A stretch of 64,000 nt of DNA from NCBI GenBank assembly GCA_026391215.1, contig JAPLDX010000106.1, positions 23,441 to 87,440 of the forward strand, in the 5' to 3' direction. The notes below the pieces were generated by a model that saw only the letters and a list, made by a program, of their open reading frames with translations, made no database searches and was not told the DNA's origin. Made by a program: the position numbers and the translations under genes. Every line of letters begins with the position of its first letter. Within the stretch, counting starts at the first letter, position 1. The DNA comes from Bacteroidia bacterium (GTDB taxonomy: Bacteria; Bacteroidota; Bacteroidia; Bacteroidales; VadinHA17). Below, piece by piece: positions 1 through 10,427 of this stretch.

Positions 1-476
1 AAATGTAGTACATGCTGTACCCTGGAAAATATTTCCGGTTTTGTACATTTAAGCCAGAGAGCCTGCATTCCTGAATTAAGCATTCCCAACGCAGGTGAAG
101 CTGTTCTTCTGCAGAATTCATCCTGACCGCCTGCTTTTTTATAAACACTTTCAGGGATCCTATCATCAATTGGCTTCAGATAATTATAGATTGGTGTAAG
201 TCTTTTACCTCCGGCATCTAGATATGCAAGAGTGGCTCCATATGTAGCAAAGTTTATTGCAGTAAGTTCATACTTATCTGACCTGACAAGCTTTGTGACC
301 GACTCACGTATCCAGTTTTCAATCAGTTCAATGTCGTCACATTCAAAACCGGCATCATCCTTAATTTCGACAAATTTTTCCTCTGATTCTGAAACCAGCT
401 TTAAATTATAATTAAAGAGCAGTATCTTCTTATTGGTTTTACCCACATCAAATACTGCAACAACTTTTTCTTTCAT
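1..476 (-). CDS. FGGY-family carbohydrate kinase, probable rhamnulokinase (runs off the left edge of the window; not in the ORF track)
   Basis: Manual translation from ATG at 476: MKEKVVAVFDVGKTNKKILLFN...AINFATYGATLAYLD...ASPALGMLNSGMQ. DxGKTN phosphate-1 motif; ATGA overlap with the rhaA stop; rha operon context. Confidence 0.8.
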   Translation of the reverse strand, partial: MKEKVVAVFDVGKTNKKILLFNYNLKLVSESEEKFVEIKDDAGFECDDIELIENWIRESVTKLVRSDKYELTAINFATYGATLAYLDAGGKRLTPIYNYLKPIDDRIPESVYKKAGGQDEFCRRTASPALGMLNSGMQALWLKCTKPEIFSRVQHVLH

Positions 477-1738
477 CTTTTCATTAAAACTTCTTTTTCG
501 TATTTAATTATCTCTTCAATATAGTCCTGTCCAATAGGAACATTATTCTTCAGACAATAATAATCCCACACGGCTCCGAATGGCTTTGATTTCATCAGCT
601 CAGAAAGGGAGAGCCTTTCGAAGTTCTTTCCCTGTTCTTCGAATTTAAGAAGTGTTTCCTGAGGTTCAAGAAGGGCATATAAGAATGCCATCTGTGCTGA
701 ACGTGTACCAATAACATATGCGCCTATCCTGTTCAGGCTTGCATCAAAGAAATCGAGACCTATGTTCACTCTGCCAAGCGCCTTTGCACGGATAATTTCC
801 TGGGCAATAAGAAGGAGCTCATCATTAAAGGTAACAACATGGTCGCTATCCCAGCGTACACCCCTGGTAAGATGAAGAAGCAACTCGTCAACATAAAGGA
901 GGATTGAAGATATCTTGTCTCCTACCTGTTCTGTAGGATGGAAATGACCATTATCGAGAGTGATCATCGTATTGTTCTTAACTGCATATCCGAGGTAGAA
1001 ATCATGTGACCCCACCACCATTGATTCTGACCCTATTCCGAACAACTTGCTTTCAATGGAATCCTTGAGGTACTTTTTTGGATATTTAACTGAGAATATC
1101 TCATCAAGCGATTTTTTAAGCAGTTTCCTGAGAGTGTACCTGTCAACAGGAGTATCTTTTGATCCGTCCGGGATCCAGATATTATGAACAGCAGGTGTGC
1201 CAAGCTGTTTCCCCATTTCAGCTGCTATCTTACGGCAACGTTTATTGTGTTCAACCCAGAATTTTCTTATTCTTGGATTCTTGCTTGAAAGTGTAAATCC
1301 ATCATCGGCGAGAGGATGAGAGAAACAGGTACAGTTAAAATCGAGACCTATCTTTCTCTTCTTTGCCCAGTTGATCCAGCCCTGATAATGTTTGACTTCT
1401 ATCTGATCGCGATCTACCAGCTTTCCTCCGAACTCTCCATATATAGCATGAAGATTAAGCCTTTGCTTTCCGGGCAAAAGGGACATGACCTTGTCAAGGT
1501 CGGCTCTCATCTGAATAATTGTCTTTGCTTTACCCGGGAAATTTCCTGTGGCTTGTATCCCGCCGCCTCCAAGCTCAGCTCCCTCTTTTTCAAATCCGCT
1601 GACATCATCTGTCTGCCAGCAGTGCAGACTAATGACAACATTATCCATTTCCTTAATTACTTTGCCGGTATCAACCCCTAATTCAGCATATTGCTGCTTT
1701 GCAAGCTGATAAGCTTTTTCCAGTGCATCTTTTTTCAT
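473..1738 (-). CDS. rhaA: L-rhamnose isomerase
   Basis: SLHCWQxDDV, NLHAIY, ESKLFGIGSES, RGVRWDSDHV and GLDFFDASLNR motifs. ATG start (MKKDALE) preferred over the TTG at 1756. Confidence 0.95.
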   Translation of the reverse strand: MKKDALEKAYQLAKQQYAELGVDTGKVIKEMDNVVISLHCWQTDDVSGFEKEGAELGGGGIQATGNFPGKAKTIIQMRADLDKVMSLLPGKQRLNLHAIYGEFGGKLVDRDQIEVKHYQGWINWAKKRKIGLDFNCTCFSHPLADDGFTLSSKNPRIRKFWVEHNKRCRKIAAEMGKQLGTPAVHNIWIPDGSKDTPVDRYTLRKLLKKSLDEIFSVKYPKKYLKDSIESKLFGIGSESMVVGSHDFYLGYAVKNNTMITLDNGHFHPTEQVGDKISSILLYVDELLLHLTRGVRWDSDHVVTFNDELLLIAQEIIRAKALGRVNIGLDFFDASLNRIGAYVIGTRSAQMAFLYALLEPQETLLKFEEQGKNFERLSLSELMKSKPFGAVWDYYCLKNNVPIGQDYIEEIIKYEKEVLMKR

Positions 1739-1760
1739 TTCAATATTTATTTTCAATTAA

Positions 1761-2087
1761 TTATTCCAAGTAAAATACTTGTTCCAGCGGAATGGAAATA
1801 GGTGAATTATCTGGATTGGTCTCCATTATATCAGCCATATACTTCCACCATTTCTTCACTATTTCTGTTGATCCAAGATCCTGTGAGGAGCTTTCTCCTG
1901 TTTGTTCCTGGTAAGCAAAGAGTGTATTTGTCTCTTCATCAAGAAAGATGGAATAATTGCCAATGCCTTCATTCTTTAACAGTTTGACCAGTTCAGGCCA
2001 GATCTCGCTATGCCTTTTCCGGTATTCTTCCTTAAATCCCGGATACATTTTCATTTTAAAACCAAATCTCTTTACCTTACTTTCCAT
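1761..2087 (-). CDS. rhaM: L-rhamnose mutarotase
   Basis: EYRKRHSEIWPEL, NYSIFLDEETNTLFAY, KKWWKYMADIMETNPDNSP; rha context. Confidence 0.93.
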   Translation of the reverse strand: MESKVKRFGFKMKMYPGFKEEYRKRHSEIWPELVKLLKNEGIGNYSIFLDEETNTLFAYQEQTGESSSQDLGSTEIVKKWWKYMADIMETNPDNSPISIPLEQVFYLE

Positions 2088-2088
2088 T

Positions 2089-3117
2089 TTAGCTAAGTTT
2101 GACAATGAACGTGGAAAGAATAAGAACTATTATTCCGATTACCAGTATAATTATGGTTTTTGTCTTTACGCCCTTCCACTCCTTTAATATAATGCCCCAG
2201 ATATTGCTAATGGCAATGTTGAGCGCCATAAGGATGCTCCATCCGAACACAGCCATACCGGAAGGAAGCTTGCTGGAGCCCATTCCGAAGAAATGGAACT
2301 GAAGGAACCATAATAATCCGGCGATGAAAGTAAATAACAGGTTGTTCAATAAGATGTTCCCGGATACCGTATAGTAATCCTTATAAGTATTATTCTTTAT
2401 ATTTAAGAATCCGCAATAAACAAGGTTAGTAATGAATCCTCCCAGGAGAATGAATATCAGGGACGGGTTTTTCTGGAACAGAGGATTCGTTCCATGGGCC
2501 AGTGCAATATCTTCAATTGGTTTGCCTGCTTCAAAGCCGAAGTTGAAGCATGCACTCATTATCCCTGCAAAGATCGCTATCAGGATGCCTTTCTTTAGCG
2601 CAAATTCCCTGACAGCTGCTTTCTTTTCTTCCTCAGTCATCTCCTTGCTTTTAAGAGAGCCTGCATAACCAATTATAATGATTCCGGCCACAGTAATTGC
2701 CACACCAGCGACAGTAAGAATTCCTCCCCTGGTTGAAAACAAATTCTGACCTGCAATTATCGGTGGTAACAGTGTTCCAAATGCCGCACAAAGACCCAGT
2801 GCAATACTCTGACCTAGAGCCACTCCGAGGTAGCGTAAGCTTAATCCGAATGTCAGTCCTCCAAATCCCCATAAAACTCCAAAGAATGTTGCCATAAGCT
2901 TGGCTGATGAAGGTGCTTCATTAATGATCGGCATCAGCTCGCCCTTAGGTATAAAAATTAGTGCGAAGAGCCAGGGAATGATGAGCCATGCAAAAACACC
3001 CTGGCTCAGCCAGTATGATTCCCATGCCCATGACTTGACTTTCTTAAATGGGACATAAAAGCTTGCAGCACCTATGCTGCCTAATGCAATTAATAGTATA
3101 CCTGCAATCGGATCCAT
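2089..3117 (-). CDS. rhaT: L-rhamnose/proton symporter
   Basis: ASFYVPFKKVKSWAWESYW, GGLTFGLSLRYLG, WGIILKEWKG; about 10 hydrophobic segments. Confidence 0.93.
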   Translation of the reverse strand: MDPIAGILLIALGSIGAASFYVPFKKVKSWAWESYWLSQGVFAWLIIPWLFALIFIPKGELMPIINEAPSSAKLMATFFGVLWGFGGLTFGLSLRYLGVALGQSIALGLCAAFGTLLPPIIAGQNLFSTRGGILTVAGVAITVAGIIIIGYAGSLKSKEMTEEEKKAAVREFALKKGILIAIFAGIMSACFNFGFEAGKPIEDIALAHGTNPLFQKNPSLIFILLGGFITNLVYCGFLNIKNNTYKDYYTVSGNILLNNLLFTFIAGLLWFLQFHFFGMGSSKLPSGMAVFGWSILMALNIAISNIWGIILKEWKGVKTKTIIILVIGIIVLILSTFIVKLS

Positions 3118-3237
3118 ATAATTTTATTTAAATTGAATCGCAATTTAAAAACTTTAGCGGAGGAAATCAGCGGTTGATCTGTTTTTTTATTTGCACATTT
3201 GTAATAATCTTTAATAGTACAATTAATAACAGATATT

Positions 3238-5967
3238 ATGAAAACATTTCTTGCATCGCTTATACTGCTTTTCATTTCTTCCGGCATATTTGCACAGGAT
3301 TTTACAGTTAAAGAACTGACAGTTGAACATAAGAAAAATCCTGTTGGCATTGATATTAAGCAACCCGGATTTTCATGGAAAATTTTCGGTACCGGAACAA
3401 GCATTTTACAAACCGCTTATTCAATTAGAATAGCAACAGATCAGAAATTCTCTTCCGGGAAAATTATATGGCAATCAGGGAAGGTTATGACGGATGCCTC
3501 TGTACTCCAGATTTACAATGGCCCTGCTCTGAAATCAGGACTGAGGTATTTCTGGCAGGTGAAAGTCTGGGACAATAAAGGAAGGGAATCGAAATGGAGC
3601 GAACCGGCATTCTGGGAAATGGGCTTGCTCTCTCCTTCCGACTGGAAGGCAAAATGGATTGAAATGGATGGAGATACAAACCGCTACGCTCCATCTCCTC
3701 ATTTCAGAAAGGAATTCTCAATCGATAAAACTATCTCAAAAGCAGTTATATATGTAACTGCTCATGGATTATATGAGCTCCATCTTAACGGTAAAAAAGT
3801 CGGAGACGAGGTGCTTACTCCAGGATGGACTTCATATGGAAAAAGAATCCAGTACCAGGTATTTGATGTAACAGACCAGCTTGTAAAAGGGAAAAATGCT
3901 GTTGGTGCAGTACTTGGTGACGGCTGGTACAGGGGAACGTTAGCCTGGGGTGATAACTGGGCTATCTACGGAAAGAGGCTTGGATTGCTGATGCAGATGA
4001 AGATAACCTATTCTGACGGAAGTGAATCTTTAATAGTGACAGATGAAACCTGGAAATGCAATAATGATGGTGCAATTCGAATGAACGATCTGTACAACGG
4101 GGAAATATATGATGCAAATAAAAAACTTACAGGATGGAATATGACCGGCTATAATGAAAGTAGCTGGAACAAGGTAAGTATCGGAAATTATAATATACCA
4201 CTTATTGCTTCTGAAAGCGTTCCCGTCAGGAAGGTTGAGGAAATTAAACCTGTAAAGATCTTTAAAACTCCGAACGGAAGCCTTATTGCAGATATGGGAC
4301 AGAATATGGTAGGCTGGATAAGACTTAAGGTATCAGGAACAAAGGGGACCGAAGTCACCGTTCGTCATGCAGAGGTACTTGACAAATACGGAGAGTTTTA
4401 TACTGAGAATCTTCGGTCAGCTAAAGCTCAGTTTAAATACATACTTGCAGGTAGCGGTGAAGAAATATACGAACCGCGGTTCACCTTCTTCGGCTTCAGG
4501 TACATTGAAGTCTCAGGATTTCCAGGAACATTGACTGCCGATAATATTACTGGTGTTGTCGTTCATTCCAACATGGAACCGACAGGTACCTATAGTTGTT
4601 CCAATCCCCTTTTAAATCAGCTTCAGCATAATATTATATGGGGTCAGAAAGGAAATTTTGTGGATGTCCCTACAGATTGTCCCCAGAGGGATGAACGTCT
4701 TGGCTGGACAGGTGATGCACAGGCTTTCAGCCGTACAGCTGCTTTCAATTTCAATGTGGCTCCCTTCTTTACAAAATGGCTGAAGGATGTCGCTATTGAT
4801 CAGAAACCCGGCGGAGAAGTACCTGACGTTATTCCCGATGTACTGAACATGCAGAATGCAAAGACAGCTCAACCGTCAGCAGGATGGGGAGATGTTGCAG
4901 TGATTGTTCCCTGGACCATGTATACAGTGTATGGAGATAAACGACTTCTGGAAACCCAATACCCCAGCATGAAAGCCTGGGTAGAGTATATCAGGAACAT
5001 AGCAGGCGACAGCTATATATGGAAAGGAGGAAGCACATATGGTGACTGGCTCTTCTATCATCCGCCTGTGAACAGCCATTCAACTCCTGACGGTCATACC
5101 GATCATGATTTTATTGCTACTGCTTTCTACGCCTATTCAACGAGTTTACTTGCGAAGGCAGCCAGAGAACTTGGAAAAACAGAGGATGAGCAATTCTATT
5201 CAGAACTTTTCGAAAAGATAAAAACAGTATTTATAAATGAATATGTTACACCTGCGGGAAGGGTAGGTACCAATTCACAGACATCTTATGTTCTTGCCCT
5301 GATGTTTAATCTCCTCCCTGAAAACCTCAGAGAAAAATCAGCGCAGTTTCTTGTTGATGATATAAAGAGCAGGGATAACCATCTTTCAACAGGATTTCTG
5401 GGAACCGTTTTCCTTTGTCATGTGCTTACACAGGAAGGCTATTCAGACGTTGCATACGACCTGCTGCTCCAGGAAACTTATCCGTCATGGCTTTATCCGG
5501 TGAAGATGGGTGCAACCACTATCTGGGAGCGTTGGGACGGACAAAGACCCGACAGCACTTTCCAGGATGCCGGGATGAATTCATTCAACCACTATGCGTA
5601 TGGAGCAATAGGTGACTGGATGTACAGGGTATCTGCCGGAATTGAGGCCCTTGAACCGGGTTACAAGCAAATCATGATCCAGCCCCATTTTACAAAAAGA
5701 CTTGACTATTCTAAAGCTTCCTATGAGAGTTCTTATGGCAAAATTGCTTCAGGCTGGGAAAGAAAATCAGGGAAGATCATACTTAAAGTAAACATACCTG
5801 AAAATACCAGTGCAATAATCCTGATTCCAACTGATGATCCGGGAAAAATAACCGAAAGCGGAATAACTATTACCGGAAATACAAAATTCAAATCAATCGG
5901 TAAGGAAAAGAACATGACAGCCATAAACACAGGTTCGGGTGAATATGTTTTTGAGATCGCTGAATAG
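3238..5967 (+). CDS. alpha-L-rhamnosidase (GH78), secreted
   Basis: Signal peptide; PTDCPQRDERLGWTGDAQ, GATTIWERW and MNSFNHYAYGA motifs; divergent from the rha operon. Confidence 0.93.
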   Translation: MKTFLASLILLFISSGIFAQDFTVKELTVEHKKNPVGIDIKQPGFSWKIFGTGTSILQTAYSIRIATDQKFSSGKIIWQSGKVMTDASVLQIYNGPALKSGLRYFWQVKVWDNKGRESKWSEPAFWEMGLLSPSDWKAKWIEMDGDTNRYAPSPHFRKEFSIDKTISKAVIYVTAHGLYELHLNGKKVGDEVLTPGWTSYGKRIQYQVFDVTDQLVKGKNAVGAVLGDGWYRGTLAWGDNWAIYGKRLGLLMQMKITYSDGSESLIVTDETWKCNNDGAIRMNDLYNGEIYDANKKLTGWNMTGYNESSWNKVSIGNYNIPLIASESVPVRKVEEIKPVKIFKTPNGSLIADMGQNMVGWIRLKVSGTKGTEVTVRHAEVLDKYGEFYTENLRSAKAQFKYILAGSGEEIYEPRFTFFGFRYIEVSGFPGTLTADNITGVVVHSNMEPTGTYSCSNPLLNQLQHNIIWGQKGNFVDVPTDCPQRDERLGWTGDAQAFSRTAAFNFNVAPFFTKWLKDVAIDQKPGGEVPDVIPDVLNMQNAKTAQPSAGWGDVAVIVPWTMYTVYGDKRLLETQYPSMKAWVEYIRNIAGDSYIWKGGSTYGDWLFYHPPVNSHSTPDGHTDHDFIATAFYAYSTSLLAKAARELGKTEDEQFYSELFEKIKTVFINEYVTPAGRVGTNSQTSYVLALMFNLLPENLREKSAQFLVDDIKSRDNHLSTGFLGTVFLCHVLTQEGYSDVAYDLLLQETYPSWLYPVKMGATTIWERWDGQRPDSTFQDAGMNSFNHYAYGAIGDWMYRVSAGIEALEPGYKQIMIQPHFTKRLDYSKASYESSYGKIASGWERKSGKIILKVNIPENTSAIILIPTDDPGKITESGITITGNTKFKSIGKEKNMTAINTGSGEYVFEIAE

Positions 5968-5970
5968 AAA

Positions 5971-6873
5971 ATGGATTTTATTGCTGGTCATTATGGTGAG
6001 TTTGCAGCGCTTCTTGTCGCTTTTTTCTGGACAGTATCTGCCCTGGCATTTGAATCAGCAAGCCGCAAGGTAGGATCTTTAGCCGTCAATATTCTAAGGC
6101 TTGTTGCTGGTTTTATTTTTCTGAGCATTTTCACTTTTATACGCAGAAGGCTTATTTTACCTACAGATGCCAGTGCAGAAAACTGGTTATGGCTGGCGCT
6201 CTCCGGACTGGTCGGATTTGTTTTTGGTGATCTGTTTTTATTCAAGGCATTTACAGTTATCGGATCGAGGTTCTCAATGCTTTTAATGACTTTGGTCCCT
6301 CCCATTACTGCTTTTTTCGGATGGATTATACTTGGGGAACACCTTACGTTGATTCATTTTTTAGGAATGGCACTTACTTTTACAGGAATAGCAATGGCTA
6401 TCTTTAACCGTAAATCAGAAGGTGAAAAACTTACCCTGAAGATTTCGCCATCGGGGATACTCTATGCACTAGGTGGAGCAGTCGGCCAGGCACTTGGCCT
6501 GATATTAAGCAAATTAGGTGTCAGGGAATATGATCCTTTTTCTGCAACTCAGATCAGGATCATTGCCGGTATTGCAGGATTCTCAGTATTGATTACAGTC
6601 ATGGGAAGATGGGGAAGTGTCAGAAATGCTGTAAAAAATGCGAGTGCTATGAAATCTCTCACCCTCGGTGCATTTTTCGGTCCCTTCCTTGGAGTCTCTT
6701 TCTCCCTGATAGCAGTCATGTTCACTGAAGCCGGAATTGCTTCGACAATTATGGCCCTGGTACCGATATTCATTATTATACCTTCTGCGATTATATATAA
6801 GGATAAAATAAAGTCTGCAGAAGTTATTGGAGCAATTATTAGTGTTGGAGGTGTTGCATTGTTTTTCATATAG
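5971..6873 (+). CDS. DMT/EamA-family transporter
   Basis: 300 aa, about 10 TM helices in two repeats; GFVFGD and LGE motifs. Confidence 0.85.
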   Translation: MDFIAGHYGEFAALLVAFFWTVSALAFESASRKVGSLAVNILRLVAGFIFLSIFTFIRRRLILPTDASAENWLWLALSGLVGFVFGDLFLFKAFTVIGSRFSMLLMTLVPPITAFFGWIILGEHLTLIHFLGMALTFTGIAMAIFNRKSEGEKLTLKISPSGILYALGGAVGQALGLILSKLGVREYDPFSATQIRIIAGIAGFSVLITVMGRWGSVRNAVKNASAMKSLTLGAFFGPFLGVSFSLIAVMFTEAGIASTIMALVPIFIIIPSAIIYKDKIKSAEVIGAIISVGGVALFFI

Positions 6874-6879
6874 CATAAA

Positions 6880-7305
6880 ATGGTTGCTGAAGAATTAAGA
6901 AGTCGCATTTCTCCCAGAGAATTAATCTTTTCCACTTCCCGCAGCAGCGGACCCGGCGGACAAAACGTCAATAAGGTAAATACAAAAGTGGAGCTGAGGT
7001 TTTATGTACAAGGATCATCAAATCTTTCTGCTCAGGAAAAAGAAAAGATACTTGAGAAACTTAATAAGAAGATCAACGCTGACGGCGAGCTGATTGTAGT
7101 TTCACAATCAGAAAGAACCCAGCTCATGAACAGGAAGAAATCTGAAGAGAAATTTTTCAAACTGCTTGCTGCTGCACTTACGGAAAAACGAAAACGCAGA
7201 TCAACAAAACCAACTGATGCATCAAGAAAAAAACGGCTTGAGAAAAAGAAAAAAAGAGGTTCAGTTAAAAAGCTAAGGAAGATATTTGAGATAAATGAAG
7301 AATAG
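6880..7305 (+). CDS. arfB: Alternative ribosome-rescue peptidyl-tRNA hydrolase ArfB (YaeJ)
   Basis: RSSGPGGQNVNKVNTKVELRF (GGQ motif) and basic C-terminal tail. Confidence 0.93.
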   Translation: MVAEELRSRISPRELIFSTSRSSGPGGQNVNKVNTKVELRFYVQGSSNLSAQEKEKILEKLNKKINADGELIVVSQSERTQLMNRKKSEEKFFKLLAAALTEKRKRRSTKPTDASRKKRLEKKKKRGSVKKLRKIFEINEE

Positions 7306-8727
7306 TTAAACTTCCTTTAACTTCCATTTTCCCTTACGGAAGACCAGGAAAGCGGTCAGTGTCATTATTGTTTCAGCAATGACTATTGCCACATAAACAC
7401 CATTCTCGTTCATTCCCGATGTTATGGCAAATATATATGCCAGCGGTATTTCAATGAGCCAGTAAGCAAATATATTTATCTTAAGCGGTGTCGTCGTATC
7501 ACCGGCTCCGTTGAAGGAGTTGGCCAGCACCATTCCGAACCCGTATCCTATAAATCCGATGCTAATAATTCTGAGGCATTCTATGCCTGGTTTAACAACA
7601 GTCGGATCGTCTATAAAAAGCCTGATGAACGGTTCCGGAAATGCAACAAGAATGATTCCAACGATGCCGAGCAGGATCATATTAACCCAGCCTGTTATCA
7701 TCACTGACCGCTCAGCCCGTTCAGGTTTTCCTGCTCCAAGATTTTGTCCTACAAGAGTGGAGGCGGCATTGCTTATTCCCCATGATGGCAGAAGGACGAA
7801 ATTGATTATCCTGATGGCAATTGTATATCCTGCAACCACATCACTTCCAAATATTGATATAATCCTTACAAGGGCTATCCAGCTTGACGTGCCAATTAGG
7901 TTTTGTCCAATACTGCCAAGTGAGATCTTTATAAGCTTTGCTATTATCCTGAAGTTTATCCCAAAGTGTTTTAATGAAAGCTGTATACGTTTTTTACCAA
8001 AGAAAAGAAGATACAACTGATATAATACCGCTATACCACGTCCAATAGTTGTTGCAATAGCAGCGCCCTTTATACCAAGCTCAGGGAATGGACCTAAACC
8101 GAATATCAGACATGGATCAAGTATTATGTTTATAATATTGCCTACCCAGAGAACCCTCATTGCAACAGCTGCATCACCTGCGCTGCGGAAAATTGCATTA
8201 ATAATGAACAACATCATTATGACAATATTTCCTCCAAGCATGATCCTTGCATATCCCGACATTTCATTAACGATCACAGGTGAAGCGCCCATGATATTAA
8301 GAAGATCTTTTGCAAACAGGACACCAGGTATGGCAATGATCACTGATACTATTGCACCGGTAAGAATGGCCTGAAATGCAGTCCCTGATGCCTTATCGGG
8401 ATTCTTCTCTCCTATTCTTCTGGAGACCATCGATGTTGTGGCAGTTGCAAGTCCCAAAGAAATTGCATAAACAATTGTTATCAGAGATTCAGTCAGCCCG
8501 ACTGTAGCTACAGCATCCGCACCGAGCTTTGACACAAAGAAAATATCGACAATGACAAAGACTGACTCCATTATCATTTCAAGCACGGCAGGAATCGAAA
8601 GCAATAGTATTGCACGACTAAGTCTCACCTCGGTGAAATCCTGCTCGGTTCCTGCAACAGCTTCTCTGACATCACTGAAGAACAGTCGTATTTTCTGTCC
8701 TGTAATATTGCTTAAATGTCGAATCAT
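7306..8727 (-). CDS. MATE-family efflux transporter
   Basis: About 12 TM; RSAGDA, NIILDPCLIFG, GQNLGAGKPERA motifs. Confidence 0.92.
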   Translation of the reverse strand: MIRHLSNITGQKIRLFFSDVREAVAGTEQDFTEVRLSRAILLLSIPAVLEMIMESVFVIVDIFFVSKLGADAVATVGLTESLITIVYAISLGLATATTSMVSRRIGEKNPDKASGTAFQAILTGAIVSVIIAIPGVLFAKDLLNIMGASPVIVNEMSGYARIMLGGNIVIMMLFIINAIFRSAGDAAVAMRVLWVGNIINIILDPCLIFGLGPFPELGIKGAAIATTIGRGIAVLYQLYLLFFGKKRIQLSLKHFGINFRIIAKLIKISLGSIGQNLIGTSSWIALVRIISIFGSDVVAGYTIAIRIINFVLLPSWGISNAASTLVGQNLGAGKPERAERSVMITGWVNMILLGIVGIILVAFPEPFIRLFIDDPTVVKPGIECLRIISIGFIGYGFGMVLANSFNGAGDTTTPLKINIFAYWLIEIPLAYIFAITSGMNENGVYVAIVIAETIMTLTAFLVFRKGKWKLKEV

Positions 8728-9180
8728 TCCCCTTTATGCGATTCTGAATTTTCAGAAAGACAAAAGTATTTTATTTTTATTTATGACAATAATTCATATA
8801 GAATAGTTCTGGCATCATTATTGAATAAATGACTTTTCAAAAAATAAAAATTGACGCTGGAAGAAGTTCTGGTGGTGAAAAAATGAATATAAAAATGCTA
8901 CAGAAAAAAATGAGTCGAAATAATACCAATAGTCTTTGCAAATGCATTGATGATGAATATATGCATAATATGCTTATAGACAGGTGTTTAACTGATGATA
9001 ATTCTGATCGGGAAATTATTGATGTTAATAAAATGCTATTAGTGTTAATATTTCTGATGGTCAAGTGATACAATGTATTAATAGAATATATATTTTCGCA
9101 CCAATTAATTTTTTAATAATAGTATAAATTTAAAAACCACACACTCTTAAAAGAAACGATGAATTATTTCATCATCTGCT

Positions 9181-10422
9181 ATGAACGCTAACAAAAATGA
9201 GGCTACGGCTGTCCGTGGTGACAGTCGCCTCGTGGGTAGTTCTTCCGAAGAAGAACCTGGCGCGAAAACCATGATTTTTTCGCAAAACGAGATCCCAATT
9301 CAGTTAGTTAGCAACCGAAGTTCGGAGTTCATGCACCGCTACTTCCCCCTAACAACTATCGATTCCTGGAATGATTGGAAATGGCAAATGCGAAATGCTA
9401 TCACAAGCATTGACGAGCTAAAGAAAATCATGAAATTATCCGAAAAGGAGATTATGGCTATTAATAATCTTAAGGGCCGCCTCCCAATGAGGATAACTCC
9501 GTATTTTGCTTCGCTTATTTTTGACACCGGGTATTCACATCCTCTCAGGAGAAACGTAATACCTGTTGTTGAAGAGCTGCTACAAAGCAGCAGTGAGCAA
9601 TCCGATCCGTTACATGAGAAATCATCTTCTCCTGTTAAAGGTATAGTTCACAGATACCCCGACAGGATACTTTTCACTGTAACCCAGGTATGTTCTAATT
9701 ATTGCAGATATTGTACACGTTCGCATTCTGTAGGCAAACTGGACAAGCTCGGCAAACAGGATTTTGAGAAAGCCTTTAATTATATTGCTACTCATAAGGA
9801 GGTAAGAGACGTTCTCATCAGCGGTGGAGATCCACTTACCCTCAGCGATGCTCTCCTTGAATACATTGTTTCAAATATTAGAAGCATTGCACATGTTGAA
9901 ATAATACGTATAGGCACAAGAACACCTGTTGTATTACCCCAGAGGATTACTGACAACCTGGTCAACATGCTGAAAAAATATCAGCCTCTTTATTTCAGCC
10001 TTCATTTTTCGCATCCTGCTGAAGTAACTGACGAATGTGCAAAAGCTTGCAACAAGCTGGCCGATGCCGGATTTCCTCTTGGAAGTCAGACTGTCCTTCT
10101 TAAGGGCATTAATGATAATGTCCCCGTTATGAAGGAGCTCATGCACAAGCTGCTTATGATAAGAGTACGGCCTTATTATTTATATCAATGTGATCTCATT
10201 CCCGGTTCAGGTCATTTCAGGACCACTGTGAAGAAAGGTCTCGAAATAATGAAAGGATTACGAGGTTTCACAAGCGGTTATGCTGTGCCTACTTTTGTTG
10301 TTGATGCTCCTGGAGGAGGTGGTAAGATCCCGTTGATTCCGAATTATGTTGTTGAGCATAACAGTGAAAAAATAGTGCTGCGTAACTATAAGGGTGTTCT
10401 ATGTGAATACCCTGAAAAATAA
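9181..10422 (+). CDS. KamA-family radical SAM protein (lysine 2,3-aminomutase-like)
   Basis: HRYPDR, CSNYCRYCTR (CxxxCxxC), SGGDPL, YLYQCD, VVDAPGGGGKIP (PLP lysine). Confidence 0.9.
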   Translation: MNANKNEATAVRGDSRLVGSSSEEEPGAKTMIFSQNEIPIQLVSNRSSEFMHRYFPLTTIDSWNDWKWQMRNAITSIDELKKIMKLSEKEIMAINNLKGRLPMRITPYFASLIFDTGYSHPLRRNVIPVVEELLQSSSEQSDPLHEKSSSPVKGIVHRYPDRILFTVTQVCSNYCRYCTRSHSVGKLDKLGKQDFEKAFNYIATHKEVRDVLISGGDPLTLSDALLEYIVSNIRSIAHVEIIRIGTRTPVVLPQRITDNLVNMLKKYQPLYFSLHFSHPAEVTDECAKACNKLADAGFPLGSQTVLLKGINDNVPVMKELMHKLLMIRVRPYYLYQCDLIPGSGHFRTTVKKGLEIMKGLRGFTSGYAVPTFVVDAPGGGGKIPLIPNYVVEHNSEKIVLRNYKGVLCEYPEK

Positions 10423-10427
10423 TACTT

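Noticed and set aside
8829-9073. Two overlapping 78-79 aa ORFs on opposite strands upstream of kamA
   Set aside because: AT-rich intergenic sequence with no recognisable motif or leader. Considered as a precursor for the ATP-grasp/radical SAM cluster, but nothing supports it.
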